Sequence record: MF158045
Reading direction: 5' to 3' (one strand)
Source of the DNA: Shigella phage Sf22
Length of the DNA: 64,000 nt
The position numbers and the translations under genes were made by a program. The notes beneath the pieces were generated by a model. It worked only from the letters and a program-made list of their open reading frames with translations, did no database searches and was not told where the DNA came from. Within the stretch, counting starts at the first letter, position 1. Each line of letters starts with the position of its first letter. Shown piece after piece: positions 18,757 through 27,890 of this stretch.

Positions 18757-20576
18757 TACTGGCTCATCCATTCTTTACGAAGGTCAGCATTATCTCCCAT
18801 GAGCATTTCAAAAAGCTCTTTCCAATTCTCAGGAAGTTTAACAACATCATATACTGGATTTTGAATCATCTCACGATATTCAGATTTTTCCAAAGAGCCA
18901 AGTCCCTTAATATAACGGATGCTATGTTTAGGTAGAGCATCTTTGGCACTCTCATATTCAGCGACTGTATAAAACCATTCTTGTTTTTTACCGACCTGAG
19001 CGATGATTACAGGAGTTTTGACAAAGCGAATTCGTCCTTGCTCAAACAATTCTGGCCAATTACTAAAAAATCCGAGCAGAGAAGGATAAATGCTTCCTAA
19101 ACCATCATGGTCAGCATCAGTCATAATAGCAATATTATGATAATTCAAGTTTTCAGCTTTTTCACCGAGAACTAGACCAGTGATTGCGCAAATATCAAAT
19201 AATTCTTTGTTTTTAAGCATATCTGCATAAGACATACCCCAACTGTTGAGAACTTTACCACGCAATGGATAACCACCGTGAAGTTCTTTATCACGAACAT
19301 CAATAAGATATCCGATAGCCGAATCACCCTCAGTCAAGAAAAGAGTAGTATCAGCATCTTTACCGCAAAGATTCGCTTTGATATGTTTATGAACTTTAGC
19401 TTTAGAAGCCTTTTTAGCTGCTTTAGTTTCAGCTGCTTTTTCTGCTGCCAATTTACGGGCCAAGGCAGCTTCAATAATCGGCATTAAAATTGCTTCATTA
19501 TTTAGAATAGCGCGTGAAATCTTTTTAGCATCAAGCTGAATATGACTACGAATTTCGCCAAATGGAGAAGTCAAACGCTCTTTAGTTTGAGAATCAAATC
19601 GCATGTTTTTCATATCACGGACAAACATAACGATAGTCAAACATTCTTTGACACGTGCTTTAGTTACATCAATTTTGAACTTACGTTTGATTTGTGGAAT
19701 AAGGTCTTCACAAATATCATCCATAACACAGTCAATGTGATGGCCACCATTCTTAGTGTGAATGTTATTCACATAAGTTAATTGGCGAAATCCATCCGGT
19801 GAACGACCAACCGCAATAGAACAATTTTCTTGTTCTTGAACAATAGCATGTTCATCATACTGTCGTGCATATTTCTTAAAATTGCCCTGAACCTTTTTAC
19901 CATTAAAGGTAAATTGAATATCAGGATAAACTACTGCAAGTGTCTGGAGACGATCCAGTGTAATGTCAAGATAAACTTGGGACAGCTCATTAGTTTCAAA
20001 TGACATAAAATCTGGAATGAAAGTAACACGAGTTCCTTTCCATTTTCCAGGAATAGTTTCCCAGGATTTATTTTCCATGCCATTTGAACAACGAACTACA
20101 ATATTATTTTGACCATCGCCAGTTTCACCGACAAACATCACAGAAAAAATGTTAGTTAAACTAGAACCAACACCATTCATACCACCGGTGACACGTTCTT
20201 TATCATCACCAAAGTTACCACCCGCTTTTGGAATAGTCCAAGCAGCAACTGGACCAGGAATTTCTTCACCGGTAGGTGTTTTAACCATCGCTTGTGGAAT
20301 ACCACGACCGTTATCTTCAACTGTTACTTGATTGTTTTTGATAGTAACATTAATTTTATTTGCGAATTTAAACTTAGTACGAATACCTTCATCTACTGAG
20401 TTATCGATAATTTCATCAATAAGCTTAACAAGACCAGGTACATACTGAACACTTTCCCATTTACCAAACAGAAAGCGCTCATGCATTTCATTAGCAGAAG
20501 AGCCAATATACATGCCGCTACGCTTTTTGATATGTTCAATATCGCTCAGAATTTTAATTTCATTCTTAATCATCAC
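18756..20576 (-). CDS. 39: DNA topoisomerase II large (ATPase) subunit, uninterrupted gp39/gp60 equivalent
   Basis: 606 aa, GHKL ATPase plus Toprim-like regions in one frame; T4 splits this into gp39 and gp60. Confidence 0.9.
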   Translation of the reverse strand: MMIKNEIKILSDIEHIKKRSGMYIGSSANEMHERFLFGKWESVQYVPGLVKLIDEIIDNSVDEGIRTKFKFANKINVTIKNNQVTVEDNGRGIPQAMVKTPTGEEIPGPVAAWTIPKAGGNFGDDKERVTGGMNGVGSSLTNIFSVMFVGETGDGQNNIVVRCSNGMENKSWETIPGKWKGTRVTFIPDFMSFETNELSQVYLDITLDRLQTLAVVYPDIQFTFNGKKVQGNFKKYARQYDEHAIVQEQENCSIAVGRSPDGFRQLTYVNNIHTKNGGHHIDCVMDDICEDLIPQIKRKFKIDVTKARVKECLTIVMFVRDMKNMRFDSQTKERLTSPFGEIRSHIQLDAKKISRAILNNEAILMPIIEAALARKLAAEKAAETKAAKKASKAKVHKHIKANLCGKDADTTLFLTEGDSAIGYLIDVRDKELHGGYPLRGKVLNSWGMSYADMLKNKELFDICAITGLVLGEKAENLNYHNIAIMTDADHDGLGSIYPSLLGFFSNWPELFEQGRIRFVKTPVIIAQVGKKQEWFYTVAEYESAKDALPKHSIRYIKGLGSLEKSEYREMIQNPVYDVVKLPENWKELFEMLMGDNADLRKEWMSQ

Positions 20577-20600
20577 TTATCCTCGTTTGGTTTCGGGAAT

Positions 20601-20625
20601 ATTATACTCCGGTAATCATAAAGCT
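20601..20625 (-). promoter_or_regulatory. Possible middle/early promoter upstream of gene 39
   Basis: Minus strand imperfect MotA box AGCTTTA, 12 nt, TATAAT. Confidence 0.35.
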
Positions 20626-20641
20626 AAAGGCCCGAAGGCCT
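20622..20641 (-). terminator. UUCG-loop hairpin downstream of lipoprotein ORF, upstream of gene 39
   Basis: AAAGGCC-TTCG-GGCCTTT (minus-strand reading). Confidence 0.45.
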
Positions 20642-20642
20642 T

Positions 20643-20912
20643 TTATTTAAAACGAATAGTTGAATCCTTAAAGAACAGCCCAGAACATACTGTTCCTTCT
20701 ACTTTCTGCCCAGTAGGTCCAACAGCACGAAATCCAGTATGTTGGAAATCATTTTCAGAGCAACCAAACCAATTATATCCAGTGATTTCAATATTAGTAA
20801 AACCGCTTGATGACAAAATTTTGGTTGCATTATCAGCATCAGTACATCCTGCTAAAGACACTGCTAATACTAATGCTGCGATAGAACGATTAATATATTT
20901 CATAATTTTCAC
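20643..20912 (-). CDS. Putative lipoprotein (89 aa)
   Basis: Signal peptide with lipobox LAGC (AALVLAVSLAGCTD). Confidence 0.55.
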   Translation of the reverse strand: MKIMKYINRSIAALVLAVSLAGCTDADNATKILSSSGFTNIEITGYNWFGCSENDFQHTGFRAVGPTGQKVEGTVCSGLFFKDSTIRFK

Positions 20913-21280
20913 TTAAATTTAATGGCTTGAAGAAGACTAATAATTCTCAAGCGACTTCTTTCATCTTTAACTGTAAAAGAAAGAGGGTCACCAGATTTCA
21001 TAGTAATAGTACATTCAAAATCAAAATCTTCGGAAACTTCTTTGAAGAAGTCAAATTCTTCATCATAAATTAGAACATTACTCTGACAACTATGAAGAAT
21101 TTTTCCATCATTTCCGGATGCTGTACTAATCATTGTAACATTATGACCTTTCATATCTTCAACGATAAATTCGCTTGTAGATATTACAGCATTAATAGAA
21201 CCATTCCTATAAATAGCAGACATTAGATATTTCTTTTCTTCGCCTTTGCGAATACGATACTTCTTACCGATTTTAAACAT
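20909..21280 (-). CDS. Hypothetical protein (123 aa)
   Basis: ORF track. Confidence 0.5.
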   Translation of the reverse strand: MFKIGKKYRIRKGEEKKYLMSAIYRNGSINAVISTSEFIVEDMKGHNVTMISTASGNDGKILHSCQSNVLIYDEEFDFFKEVSEDFDFECTITMKSGDPLSFTVKDERSRLRIISLLQAIKFK

Positions 21281-21282
21281 AA

Positions 21283-21459
21283 TTATCCTTTAAGTAAGTC
21301 GTAAAATCCACCATTCACATGCTTAGGAGCAGAAGGCCGACGAATAGACAGACGATGACATTTAGGGCAAACATCATTTTCTCGTTCAGAAATCTTTTTA
21401 ATTTTTTCATATTCATGCCCGCAATCTTCGGATTGGCATTTATAATCATACATTGGCAT
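21283..21459 (-). CDS. Small zinc-ribbon protein (58 aa)
   Basis: Manual translation MPMYDYKCQSEDCGHEYEKIKKISERENDVCPKCHRL... with CxxxxC...CxxC spacing. Confidence 0.45.
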   Translation of the reverse strand: MPMYDYKCQSEDCGHEYEKIKKISERENDVCPKCHRLSIRRPSAPKHVNGGFYDLLKG

Positions 21460-21461
21460 AA

Positions 21462-21887
21462 TTATTCCTTAAAGTGAGCTTTCAACATCTGATACAAGGA
21501 CCATGCCTGTTCATTATTTTCAATAGTAACTTTCATGACTGGGAATTCTGTGAAATCTTCTATTTGTTCTTGCTCTTTCTCTTCCTGCTCTTGCTCTTCA
21601 ACTGCCTGATATGGATTTTCCACTTCATCAAAGAACTCGGCTTCGTTAGTAGAGAGCCAGATAAAGTTTTCGTCAAGGATATCACCATGTGTTGCATATC
21701 CAATTGTGCCAGTAAATGACATAATTTTAGTAGGACGACCAAGATGGTCAACATCTAAAATTTTAAAAGGATGCATACCTAAACGTCGTGCATAAATTCC
21801 ATTATCAGTATGGTCTTTAATAAAAGCTTCTTGAGCTTGTTTATTTTTAAATTGATACCATTTATTAACTTCAAATTTAATAGCCAT
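21462..21887 (-). CDS. Hypothetical protein (141 aa) with acidic [11 protein letters not shown] tract
   Basis: ORF track. Confidence 0.5.
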   Translation of the reverse strand: MAIKFEVNKWYQFKNKQAQEAFIKDHTDNGIYARRLGMHPFKILDVDHLGRPTKIMSFTGTIGYATHGDILDENFIWLSTNEAEFFDEVENPYQAVEEQEQEEKEQEQIEDFTEFPVMKVTIENNEQAWSLYQMLKAHFKE

Positions 21888-22102
21888 TAATAAATTTCCT
21901 TCCAGTAAGTTGTGCCATCTTCAGTAATTTCACGAAATACACCGTAAATTGGTTGTTTATCACCAACCTTTTCATACACATAAACCGAAGTCAAGTGAGT
22001 AAACTTAACGGTATGTTCCTTTTGAACCACTACCAAATCTGGATCAAATAATACATCTTCAAATTCGTCATTAGTGCAATTCTGAACAATTTTACGTTTC
22101 AT
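21887..22102 (-). CDS. Hypothetical protein (71 aa)
   Basis: ORF track; stop/start overlap with upstream ORF. Confidence 0.5.
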   Translation of the reverse strand: MKRKIVQNCTNDEFEDVLFDPDLVVVQKEHTVKFTHLTSVYVYEKVGDKQPIYGVFREITEDGTTYWKEIY

Positions 22103-22208
22103 TACAATTTCCTCATTAATTAAACATTGGAGCGATACGTTTCAGAAGAGTAGCAGCACCTTTAGCGAATTTTACATCATGAAAAACAGTTTCTTCTTCT
22201 GTAACAAC

Positions 22209-22397
22209 TCAAACTTTAATATTTTCACAATCCCAATTTTTACGAACAATCTTCAAAAGCTGCAGTAAATCTTTACATTCAGCAATATCGATAACACATC
22301 CACGAGAATCTTCCATTATCGCACGATAACCGTAAGCCATACCATAATCATTAAAAGATTGCTCGATGATAATTAAGTTTTCCATTTTATTCTCCAA
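22209..22397 (-). CDS. Hypothetical protein (62 aa)
   Basis: ORF track; leader contains a 13-bp inverted repeat. Confidence 0.45.
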   Translation of the reverse strand: MENKMENLIIIEQSFNDYGMAYGYRAIMEDSRGCVIDIAECKDLLQLLKIVRKNWDCENIKV

Positions 22398-22408
22398 GTT
22401 GTTTTCTG

Positions 22409-22451
22409 TATCAGTAGTTGATATTGATATAGTACCATAATCAACTACTGA
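22409..22451. repeat. 13-bp perfect inverted repeat with 17-nt loop
   Basis: ATCAGTAGTTGAT at 22409-22421 and ATCAACTACTGAT at 22439-22451. Confidence 0.85.
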
Positions 22452-22482
22452 TGTATATAGTTTTATGAAAAAATTTTAAACT

Positions 22483-22974
22483 TTATGCATAGCGAGCTTT
22501 GCTGTAGTGTTTAATCCAACTTTCAGGAATGACTTTGTATGTTCCTAAAAATACCGCGTTGTATAACTTAACGCCATCTTCTACCCATTGATCAGTAATG
22601 TATGCACACATAGCGCGAGTACGGTTAACAACACCTTCCTCACCTTCAGTAAATTCAAACTCATAAGGAGCAACGAACTTGATAGCTTGACCGAGTTTCC
22701 ACTTAAAGTCTACACCTACATGCGAAGTATCAATCGTTTCAATTCCTTTAGCGGGAACAGCTTTCAAAAACGCAGGCTCAAGAAATTTCCATCGAACATA
22801 ACCAAACTGAGGTTTAGACATTCCATCTTTAGGAATGATACGCACTTTTACTTCAGAATCTTCATCTTTAACACCATGTTTAAGCTGAATGCTTACGACT
22901 TCAACCAATTTTCCTGCTGCCTTAGAACGGGATTTATCAGATACACGAGCAATTTCACCGATATTAATATTCAT
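22483..22974 (-). CDS. Hypothetical protein (163 aa), possibly MotB-like by position and size
   Basis: ORF track; consensus early promoter upstream; C-terminal domain shared with the neighbouring 145-aa ORF. Confidence 0.5.
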   Translation of the reverse strand: MNINIGEIARVSDKSRSKAAGKLVEVVSIQLKHGVKDEDSEVKVRIIPKDGMSKPQFGYVRWKFLEPAFLKAVPAKGIETIDTSHVGVDFKWKLGQAIKFVAPYEFEFTEGEEGVVNRTRAMCAYITDQWVEDGVKLYNAVFLGTYKVIPESWIKHYSKARYA

Positions 22975-23018
22975 AATTATCTCTCACTTGTTAAAAAGAT
23001 TTTATACTCCACGGGACC

Positions 23019-23048
23019 ATTATACTCTGGTCCCAAGAGTTTGTAAAC
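23019..23048 (-). promoter_or_regulatory. T4-type early promoter upstream of ORF 22483-22974, -10 inside an inverted repeat
   Basis: Minus strand GTTTAC, 18 nt, TATAAT; TATAAT lies in the loop of GGGACCA/TGGTCCC (23013-23034). Confidence 0.65.
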
Positions 23049-23485
23049 TAGCTTACACGAACATTAATCACTGCGCTGCGAGGAACTACAGAGTACTCTC
23101 CAGCATGAACTACGTTCAGAAGTTCAACACCATCTTCAATCCACTGATCAGTCACCCATCCACCCACAGGATTCGCGAATGGACGACGAATATAAACTGC
23201 CTTACACAGCAGATCAGTTGGATCTTCAGGTTTTTCAATTTCTGTCAATAGACTAAAATCTTTTTCATAAATAATAAGCGGTGATACCATTCCATAATAG
23301 TTTCTAATTTCAATATACATCATACCGATAAGAATTCCGCTATTAACACTAATAACAGTAAAAGGATATCCGCCAGTTAAACCAAGAAGTTCACAAAACT
23401 TATTATGAGCTGTATTAGACAGTACCGAAAAATTCTTAATTTCATCAAATTTTTTCAATTGATAAACAGCATTATTTTTAATCAT
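23048..23485 (-). CDS. Hypothetical protein (145 aa), paralog of 22483-22974
   Basis: Shared C-terminal motif VTDQWIEDGVELLNVVHAGEYSVVP vs ITDQWVEDGVKLYNAVFLGTYKVIP. Confidence 0.5.
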   Translation of the reverse strand: MIKNNAVYQLKKFDEIKNFSVLSNTAHNKFCELLGLTGGYPFTVISVNSGILIGMMYIEIRNYYGMVSPLIIYEKDFSLLTEIEKPEDPTDLLCKAVYIRRPFANPVGGWVTDQWIEDGVELLNVVHAGEYSVVPRSAVINVRVS

Positions 23486-23495
23486 AATTTTCTCT

Positions 23496-24038
23496 TTAAT
23501 CTAAGGTAATAAAGCCTTTTAATTCGGCATGGGATTTACGGAACATTACTTGGTGCCCGCCAATGATAACTTGATCATCTGGAACTTCGTATACAGCGAG
23601 ATAAAATCCTTTAGAAGATAATTCTTCACGCTCTTCTCGTGTGAACCATCTCATCATATCATATTCGCTAGCGAAAGCAAAATGATAAAGAGCTATAAAC
23701 CATCCTGGAATATAGTGATCTACGCCTACATATTCTTCTTTCTCAAAATTAGTATTAATTGCTATATTAGCATTTTTAACTAATAATTTGTCTTCGTGTG
23801 GAAGAGGAATTCTTTTATTATCATTACTATGATGCATAAAATTAGGTCTGTCATAACCTACGTGTAATAACCACTCTTCGCTCCATGAATCTATTATACT
23901 CCTGTATGGCGTTATTTGAACACAAAGATCTCGACGTATTGTTATAGCATCTTCATAATTAAGAATACTAAACGATGATTCAACACGATAAATTTTCATT
24001 TTATTATCCTCAGTAGCTATGGTGTTATAATACCACAA
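23496..24038 (-). CDS. Hypothetical protein (180 aa)
   Basis: ORF track; early promoter upstream. Confidence 0.5.
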   Translation of the reverse strand: MWYYNTIATEDNKMKIYRVESSFSILNYEDAITIRRDLCVQITPYRSIIDSWSEEWLLHVGYDRPNFMHHSNDNKRIPLPHEDKLLVKNANIAINTNFEKEEYVGVDHYIPGWFIALYHFAFASEYDMMRWFTREEREELSSKGFYLAVYEVPDDQVIIGGHQVMFRKSHAELKGFITLD

Positions 24039-24056
24039 CTAACCGAGGAAGTAAAC
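24027..24056 (-). promoter_or_regulatory. T4-type early promoter upstream of ORF 23496-24038
   Basis: Minus strand GTTTAC, 18 nt, TATTAT. Confidence 0.6.
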
Positions 24057-24062
24057 AACTTT

Positions 24063-24746
24063 TTATCGTTTAGTTGGAAGAGATAGAGGATCGCATTCTT
24101 CCTCTGACGGAGCATCTTCAAGACCCATAGCATATCGCAAAGCATACTTCATCATCAGGATGTCTTTCGCACAGTCATGAATAGAATCATGTGCAACGAA
24201 TCCATCTAAAGTTCCTTTTGGAAGAGGACACGTGGTCATATCACGAACAAGCAGAAGTGCTTCAATTCTGGTACGAATATCACGCTGATTCCAGAATTTA
24301 CATGGTTCTAACTTAAATGTATCAAGCTCATTCTCGGAAACGCCATTAAGACGTTGAATATCGCGAATGAGATCGACTAAAATTGGAAAATCAAACGACA
24401 TTCCACGGCACCAGCCTTGAGATTTCCAAGGATCGATATTATGTGCATTGATGTAATCGTTGAATTTTGCAATACCATCAATGGTGCTTACATCTTCATC
24501 GGATGGTGCAATATTTTTTCGAGCTTCAGGAGACTGATTTTTCCACCATTCGATAGTGCTTTTAGTAAAAAGACGATGTCCTTTTTGGCTTTTTAAATCA
24601 AATTTGATTTTAATGCCACGTGAAACTAGTTCATCGAATGATTCAACTACTTCTGGGTTAGGGTCAAAAGCAATTACAGCCAAATCAATAACAGCTGCTT
24701 TTTCACCGCTTCCCATTGTTTCAAAATCTATAATAAAATCAAACAT
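24063..24746 (-). CDS. dexA: Exonuclease A DexA (DnaQ-like 3-prime to 5-prime exonuclease)
   Basis: 227 aa (T4 DexA 227 aa); N-terminal DFETMG-type exonuclease motif; adjacent to dda. Confidence 0.85.
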   Translation of the reverse strand: MFDFIIDFETMGSGEKAAVIDLAVIAFDPNPEVVESFDELVSRGIKIKFDLKSQKGHRLFTKSTIEWWKNQSPEARKNIAPSDEDVSTIDGIAKFNDYINAHNIDPWKSQGWCRGMSFDFPILVDLIRDIQRLNGVSENELDTFKLEPCKFWNQRDIRTRIEALLLVRDMTTCPLPKGTLDGFVAHDSIHDCAKDILMMKYALRYAMGLEDAPSEEECDPLSLPTKR

Positions 24747-25003
24747 TAAATTTTCCTCGCTAAATCACGAATTTGGCCTACAGTATAGTCTTGAATATAA
24801 ACTTTATTAATAGGCTCATCAATAAATTTTGCCATAGATTCAATATCTTTTTGTATCTCTTCAAGACTGTATACTATCTTTAAAGCTTTTTCGCGAATAG
24901 TAACATTATCAGGTCCTGAATTTTCTTGAATGACAGCTTTAACATTTGCCATAAGAGATTTAAACTGGTACCAACTTAATTCAATCATTAATAATCGCCT
25001 CAT
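24746..25003 (-). CDS. Hypothetical protein (85 aa), member of tandem paralog trio
   Basis: ORF track; shares a LEEIxxDI ... VxIxDYxxGxI pattern with the next ORF. Confidence 0.5.
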   Translation of the reverse strand: MRRLLMIELSWYQFKSLMANVKAVIQENSGPDNVTIREKALKIVYSLEEIQKDIESMAKFIDEPINKVYIQDYTVGQIRDLARKI

Positions 25004-25241
25004 AAAGATAGCTAATTTCGCCTAAAACGTAATCATTGATTGTAACAGTTTTCACTTCACCACAAAAGAATTCTAACGCAATTAAATCTCGTTCAATTTC
25101 TTCTAATTGAAGCATCAACTTACTAGATTCAATTTTTACAGTTTCACGATTTTTACCATGAGCAATTTCATAAATTTCGCTAACTTTATCCTGAAGAAGA
25201 TAAAACTGATCTTTAGTTATTTCCACGAATAGCTTCCTCAA
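24981..25241 (-). CDS. Hypothetical protein (86 aa), member of tandem paralog trio
   Basis: ORF track; similarity to neighbours. Confidence 0.5.
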   Translation of the reverse strand: MRKLFVEITKDQFYLLQDKVSEIYEIAHGKNRETVKIESSKLMLQLEEIERDLIALEFFCGEVKTVTINDYVLGEISYLYEAIIND

Positions 25242-25473
25242 ATTTAATTAGTAATTTACAGACACTTTCATCTAGTGTAATTACCGTATCTGTATTACTG
25301 TGATATGATTGTTTTTCAATTCGTTTAATTGCTAATATAGTATCACTTATAAGATAAAGCTTATGAAGGAGCTCAGCTCCTGTTACCATAACATTAAGAT
25401 TATCTTGCTTATTAGTATGCTTCCTTATACCATCTATTAGACGATTTAAATATTTTGAATTGATGTTAATCAT
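25213..25473 (-). CDS. Hypothetical protein (86 aa), probable third paralog
   Basis: ORF track; same size class and weaker similarity. Confidence 0.45.
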   Translation of the reverse strand: MININSKYLNRLIDGIRKHTNKQDNLNVMVTGAELLHKLYLISDTILAIKRIEKQSYHSNTDTVITLDESVCKLLIKFEEAIRGNN

Positions 25474-25479
25474 ATATCC

Positions 25480-26799
25480 TCACACATAAAACACATCATA
25501 ACGACCACGAGTGACACCTACATAAAGAAGTTGCTGAGCTAATTCAGCATCTGCATAATGAATACAAGGCGTATAAATGAAAGCACGGTCTACAGACATA
25601 CCCTGAGCTTTATGGAATGTTGATGCAGGAAGTGCTTTCACTTTACTGAACTGTGATTTAGCATCCCAAAAATCACTCCATGGAGCTTTTCCGCCTTTGT
25701 TCCAATTTTTATAAGTTTCTGCCGTTTTACCTAAAAATAGGTTAAACTTATATAGCTCTTCATCAGATGAAATTATTTTAATCTTTTCACGATAATATTC
25801 ATCATCGCCGTAAGTTTCTACTGTTAAATCCCAATGACGAATTAAGTATTCTCCAGGAACACCACGAGCTTTAACAAACGTTGATGTATACTCTGCTTCT
25901 ATAATACGAACTAATTGTCCATTATTAAAAATAATTTCTGATACAGGCTTTCCATCAATTTTATATGTTTTAATTAATGGTTCCTGCATTACAATAATTT
26001 CACCGACAATAAAATCTTTATCAGTTTCAAAAATCTTTTTACGAATAATGCTATTTAACTTGTCAACAGATTTATTCGTAAATGCCATTACGCGATTTTC
26101 AAACAAATCATCTAGAGATTTGACGATTGAAAAATAATTTACCATAAAATCGCGTAAAGCGGTATCACCAGTAAATCCACGTACTCCATGCCCGTCAACA
26201 ACTTTATCATAAATCCACTTACCGTTGCGAACATCAGTAGCTACATCAATAATAGGAGCATTACTGCGTTTAACTTCAGTGAGTTCACACTGATAAAAAT
26301 CTTTATGTGTAAAGAATGGACTGATATAAGCAGTGTTTTCTCCTGGGTCAACAGGTCTAATTTGCTTATTATCGCCTATTCCAATTATAGTACACCACGG
26401 TGGGATAGTTGAAAGCAAAATTTTGAAGAGCTTTCTATCATACATTGACACTTCGTCGCAGATTAATACCCTGCATTTAGCTAAATCTGGTACTTCTTTT
26501 TGTTCAAAAAGAACGTTTTCTTCATACGTAACTGGGTTAATTTTAAGAATACTGTGAATAGTACTCGCTTCTTTCCCCGACAGTTTTGAAAGAATCTTTT
26601 TAGCTGCATGAGTAGGAGCTGCTAAAATAATACCAGTTTCACCCGTAGATATTAAAGCTTCAATGATGAATTTTGTAAGAGTAGTCTTACCAGTACCAGC
26701 AGGTCCATTAATAGTTACATGATGTTTCTTTTCTTTAATAGCCCTCATAACGATGTTAAAGGCATTTTTTTGGCCTTCTGTCAAATCATCAAATGTCAT
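25480..26799 (-). CDS. dda: DNA helicase Dda (SF1B)
   Basis: 439 aa (T4 Dda 439 aa); Walker A GPAGTGKTT. Confidence 0.95.
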   Translation of the reverse strand: MTFDDLTEGQKNAFNIVMRAIKEKKHHVTINGPAGTGKTTLTKFIIEALISTGETGIILAAPTHAAKKILSKLSGKEASTIHSILKINPVTYEENVLFEQKEVPDLAKCRVLICDEVSMYDRKLFKILLSTIPPWCTIIGIGDNKQIRPVDPGENTAYISPFFTHKDFYQCELTEVKRSNAPIIDVATDVRNGKWIYDKVVDGHGVRGFTGDTALRDFMVNYFSIVKSLDDLFENRVMAFTNKSVDKLNSIIRKKIFETDKDFIVGEIIVMQEPLIKTYKIDGKPVSEIIFNNGQLVRIIEAEYTSTFVKARGVPGEYLIRHWDLTVETYGDDEYYREKIKIISSDEELYKFNLFLGKTAETYKNWNKGGKAPWSDFWDAKSQFSKVKALPASTFHKAQGMSVDRAFIYTPCIHYADAELAQQLLYVGVTRGRYDVFYV

Positions 26800-27107
26800 C
26801 GGAAAGTCCCTGCAATTGGAATACTAACAATACGCCCAGTATCTAGAATTCGTTGATATAATCTTTGTGTATCTACATCAGGCTTAACATGTTTAACTTC
26901 TATTTTATTAAACCAAAACTTGCGTGGAGTCTCAACTAATCTTGGAATTCCTTTACCTAAAGCTAATCGATACTGCTCTTTAAGAGTAGTAAATACTTTA
27001 TCAGCAATATTCCATTCAAAAAATACAGCAGGACGATGTTCATCAAGCGGAACTGGCGCCGTAAATCCGTCTTTGTCTCGGTAAACTATCGCATATACAT
27101 AAACCAT
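26796..27107 (-). CDS. Hypothetical protein (103 aa), dda.1-like by position
   Basis: ORF track; overlaps dda start. Confidence 0.5.
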   Translation of the reverse strand: MVYVYAIVYRDKDGFTAPVPLDEHRPAVFFEWNIADKVFTTLKEQYRLALGKGIPRLVETPRKFWFNKIEVKHVKPDVDTQRLYQRILDTGRIVSIPIAGTFR

Positions 27108-27108
27108 A

Positions 27109-27855
27109 TTATCCTCGGATAAGTTTAAAAATTGAACAATTCAGCGGATATCCTCTTTTCAGTTTAAGTTTATCAATAAAAGACAAGTTTTGATACCGCT
27201 CTACACCTTGAATAATTTTATCACACATATCATATTGCATTTCTGCTTCTGACAACTTTTTCACAGTTTTCCAATCCGAGCCTTTAAGAAGAACGTTCAG
27301 TTTAACAACTTCAGCGCCTTCTGCTATGCGAGAACCATCAATACGAGCTTTAAGTGCTATAATTCTTAGCTTAATGTCAGAGGTCTGTTTTGATTTAGAA
27401 AGCTGAGAAATGTGTTCAATTCGGTTTTCACGTTTTTTCTGTATAGCTTTAATTTGATTATAAGTCTTTTTGATTTTAGCCCATTTCTTTTCATCTAAAT
27501 TTAGTTTATGAACTTTTTTCGCAGATGAACGACCAATTCGCAAAGCAAATAAATCACGCTTTTCAATCAACTCTTCTAAAGTATAATCAGAACGAAATGT
27601 ATTATACTTTTTCTTTACTGCAATAACATTCCCTTTAATGTATCCAACGTTATTATCAAAACGTTCTAATGATAATTTCTCTCCTTCAATACGATTATCA
27701 AAAGGTTCTCCCGAGTAAGCGCAAACTTTCTGATCTAAAATGTTCTTAATGTAATTGAAGTCTAAGTTAAAATCTTTAGAACGTCTTTTTGCAGATGCCT
27801 GAGTATGCTCTAAACGACGTTTAATTTTACGAATTTGATTATTAGACAGTTTCAT
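27109..27855 (-). CDS. srd: Srd-position protein (248 aa), lysine-rich, with degenerate HNH/EndoVII-like motif
   Basis: Position between dda and modA as for T4 srd; segment CAYSGEPF...LSLERFDNNVGYIKGNVIAVKKKYNTFRSD resembles an HNH core lacking the Cys ligands. Confidence 0.45.
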   Translation of the reverse strand: MKLSNNQIRKIKRRLEHTQASAKRRSKDFNLDFNYIKNILDQKVCAYSGEPFDNRIEGEKLSLERFDNNVGYIKGNVIAVKKKYNTFRSDYTLEELIEKRDLFALRIGRSSAKKVHKLNLDEKKWAKIKKTYNQIKAIQKKRENRIEHISQLSKSKQTSDIKLRIIALKARIDGSRIAEGAEVVKLNVLLKGSDWKTVKKLSEAEMQYDMCDKIIQGVERYQNLSFIDKLKLKRGYPLNCSIFKLIRG

Positions 27856-27890
27856 ATTTTTCTCACATCTTACGGACGATTGACTACTAT

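Noticed and set aside
20512-20916. 134-aa plus-strand ORF overlapping the lipoprotein gene and the gene 39 start
   Set aside because: It is antisense to two better-supported minus-strand genes and has no RBS.
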